Source: Heteronotia binoei
Lineage: Eukaryota
Length of the DNA: 64,000 bases
NCBI RefSeq assembly: GCF_032191835.1
Contig: NC_083227.1
Coordinates: 43,152,001-43,216,000 of the forward strand
Direction: 5' to 3'
Numbering within the stretch: position 1 is the stretch's first letter; each line of letters begins with the position of its first letter. This document shows positions 61,138 to 64,000 of the stretch, one piece after another. A program made the position numbers and the translations under genes. The notes below the pieces were generated by a model. That model was not told where the DNA came from and searched no databases. It saw nothing but the letters and a program-made list of their open reading frames with translations.

Positions 61138-61480
61138 TAGGGCTGCCAAGCCCCCGGTCTGGACGAAGGTTCCCCCACCCAGGAGGTACTCAACCCGCTG
61201 GTCCACATGGGGGTGCAATGACATCACATGGCGACTGCTCTAGCGTTTCCCGGAAAACGCCGTGGTTTTCCCGGACACTCTAGCCATTTGGGAGGGAAAA
61301 GCTCTATGGTACAATAGGTCAGTAAATAGGTACCATAGAGTTTTTCCCTCCCAAATGGCTAGAGCCTCTGGGAGCAGTCACCGCGTGATGTTGCCACTGC
61401 GATGACATCACTTCCGGGTGATGCAAAGTGCACGTAAGGACAGTCCCCTGCTAGAGGTTGCGAGGGACTTGACAACCCTA
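61138..61480. mobile_element. hAT MITE with a central 35-bp hairpin
   Basis: TIR TAGGGCTGCCAAG / CTTGACAACCCTA; no TSD match seen. Confidence 0.7.
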
Positions 61481-61484
61481 AATA

Positions 61485-61975
61485 GTGTTTAGTTTAGTTT
61501 ATTCACAGCCTAAGCCAGCATTTAAAACAGTAAAATCATACAAAATTAAAACTGAATGACCATAAAATCGTACATAAAAAGGTATAAAATACTGTTGTAA
61601 GACTACAAATATAACAGAACATGGCAGTTACAGCAAACAGATTGGCAGAAGGTATTTAGCCATTTCCTGACTGAATTATTAGAGTTTTTCTTATTCTCGT
61701 GGCAAGCCTAATTTGCTAATTTGTATGTAACCTCAGGATTCTTATCGTCAAGAAGATTCTTAAGTAGTTGCAATTTTTGACTACTGGTAAAAGGTATGGC
61801 CGTGGAAAATGGAAGTACTTTGCGATGATCATTGTAAGCCTCACAGTCAAATATAACATGGACTAAAGATTCGATACCACCATTGCAGCAGGGACATAAT
61901 CGTTCGTGGAAGTCATTATTACGGCCTTTCAAAACAATATCTCAGTTTCTTACTTATGATAATGCTAGGGAGATA
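61485..61975 (-). mobile_element. Non-LTR retrotransposon 3' end with CCHC zinc knuckle (clade not resolved)
   Basis: ERLCPCCNGGIESLVHVIFDCEAYNDHR on minus; tail AATAAA(CTAAA)n at ~61485-61503. Confidence 0.75.
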
Positions 61976-62807
61976 GTGAAACAGAGAATATTAGACGTTG
62001 TCAGATTCAGATAGTGAGTGGCCCAAGGTCACACAATGGCCACTACCAGTCTGGACTCCAGAGCAGAAAATACTGACCTCAATAGACCACAGTACTGACT
62101 CAGTGAAAGGTCCTTTCTGTGTGTACATGTTGCCACTTCCACACACTGGGTTGGATCCAGCCAGCTTTTCTTCTAGTAATGGGTGGCGAGAATACCCTTT
62201 GTCCACCAAAAAGGCTATGCTGGGGGTCCTGGGACCTGCAGGGATGAAAGGTGTGGGTGACAGAGACTGGAAGGAGGAGGGGCATCAGATGGAATGGAGA
62301 AAAAAACTGACTGGATCTAACATGTGGGGCAAAACTGGCGCTTACATGTTGTGTTTGTGATAGGGTTGCCAACCTCCAGGCAGTGGCTGGCATTCTCCCA
62401 CGATGACAACTGACCTCCAGGTAACAGAGATTAATTCACATGGAGAAAATGGCCACACTGGAAGGTGGACGTTATATAATATAATAATAATAATTTTTTA
62501 TTTCTATCCCGCTCTCCCCGCCGAAGCAGGCTCAGGGCGGCTCACAACATAAAATCGTTATGACATTATACCCACAGAAGTCCCTTCCCTCTCCAAACCC
62601 TGCCATCCCCAGACTCTGCCCCCTAAGTCTCTGGGTATTTTCCAATCCAGAGCTGGCAACCCTAATGATGATGTAAACCTGAGAATAGCTGAGAATGGTG
62701 TAGTTGGCCCAGCAGGTAACATTGACCAGAAAACATAAGAACAGGGTTGTTGGGTTTTCCCCTCTCTTTCTCATAGCCTACCAAAATCTTTCTGCTCTTT
62801 CCAACAG

Positions 62808-62957
62808 CGTATGGGGACCTGTCCACACCACGATGCCAGCAAGTATTGAAGGAAGGCCCAGCCCTCTCTGTGCCTACCCTTGCTCTCAGCACAGTTCAGC
62901 TATGCCTGCATAAATGCCAGCCGTGTGTGCGTGTTTCCTTGGCTCTGAACGCTACAG
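62808..62957 (+). CDS. IL17RE: IL17RE exon 3 (Cys-rich IL-17 receptor N-terminal domain)
   Basis: ccaacag|..GCTACAG|gtatgc; 150 nt open in phase 1: YGDLSTPRCQQVLKEGPALSVPTLALSTVQLCLHKCQPCVRVSLALNAT, IL17RC/RE-like C..C..CVRV pattern; gene continues beyond the window. Confidence 0.75.
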
Positions 62958-64000
62958 GTATGCTGGGGGAAAGGACAAGAGCGGCCTGAACAGTGGAGAA
63001 TGGCAGATTTCTGCCTGTCCTGGTTTGGTTGACATCTGCATTGTCTTGTCTGTGCTCAGCCTCACGGGGATGTGGGAAGGGGAAATGAACCAGGGAAGGA
63101 GATGCACAGCCAGGGGTGAAATTTGCCCTTCCCCCACTAAATTTTGCAGGCAGATCAGTCTAAATTTTGCAAAAATTATGCTTTTTTTTGTTTTATTTCC
63201 AAGTATATTTTGAAGTAATTGAAGGTGACATGGGGGCAGGAGCAGACAGGGAGGTTAAAACAGCCAAGTGGAGTGGCCTCTGCCCTGCAGCGGATGAGTG
63301 CTGTAGAGCTACTCACCAGAAATGGACATTAGCTGATGCGGTGCTTTCTCCTAAAAACTAACAGAGTGGCAAGAGTCAGCTGGTGAGCTGACTCCGATTA
63401 TCATTGTCACTAAAGGGTTTGGGTCTGGGACAAGCAGCGCCCGAGGCTAGAGTTGCCATTTGCAAAGGGCAAAACCCTTGCTGGCCCCTGCCCTCACTGA
63501 GTGGAACAGCAGGGCAAGAAATGGGAAGGGACAACGTCAGTATATTGAATTATTCTCTAGGAATTCCCCCAATCTCTATGTTTGTACCATAAGAATTTTG
63601 GGAAATTATTAGAGCAGGGGTGACCAAACTGTGGTTCAGGAGCAAAATGTGGCTCTTTCACACATATTGTGTGGCTCTTGAAGCCCCCACCACCCTGTTG
63701 GCCACTTGTCTCTTTAAATCATTTATCCAAACCAAGCCAGCTGGCGGCTTGCAGAATGCATTTAAAGTTAAAGCTGCTTTCTTTCTACCTCTCCCTCCCC
63801 CATCTATTTGCCTGCCTGCCTGCCTGTCTTGTGGCTCTCAAACATCTGATGTTCATATCTTGTGGCTCTCAAATATCTACAAACAACGGAGCTATGGTCT
63901 AGATTGAGAAAAACACTGTTACAAAAATCGTATACTCAAATTATACACTCAGTTGAATTCCATTTATTTATCATTTTTTAAATTTACATTCCACAACTCT

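Overview
Eukaryotic (squamate reptile, probably gecko, inferred from the repeat families) genomic DNA, very rich in transposable elements. Three host genes are supported. RPUSD3 is on the minus strand (9 coding exons, 5406-21014, 373 aa). JAGN1 is on the plus strand (2 exons, 21343-24409, 183 aa), head-to-head with RPUSD3 across a 328-bp promoter. The first three exons of IL17RE are on the plus strand (from 51692, continuing past the window). CIDEC, which lies between RPUSD3 and JAGN1 in human, is not there. The main discovery is a young, defective class II endogenous retrovirus (12023-17793) inserted antisense in RPUSD3 intron 2. It has near-identical LTRs, a 6-bp TSD, a tRNA-Trp primer-binding site matching the avian alpharetrovirus one, a betaretrovirus-like myristoylatable Gag with PPPY, and an Env resembling ASLV Env and filovirus/reptarenavirus GP2 but with a CX7C loop. 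About 2.8 kb of unrelated, host-like DNA replaces most of pol. Other notable items: an intact Penelope-type hammerhead ribozyme, a ~430-nt hairpin inside a hAT element, two templated-insertion (template-switch) scars, nested TEs and several palindromic MITEs. Comparisons to viral and human proteins are from recalled motifs, not from run alignments.
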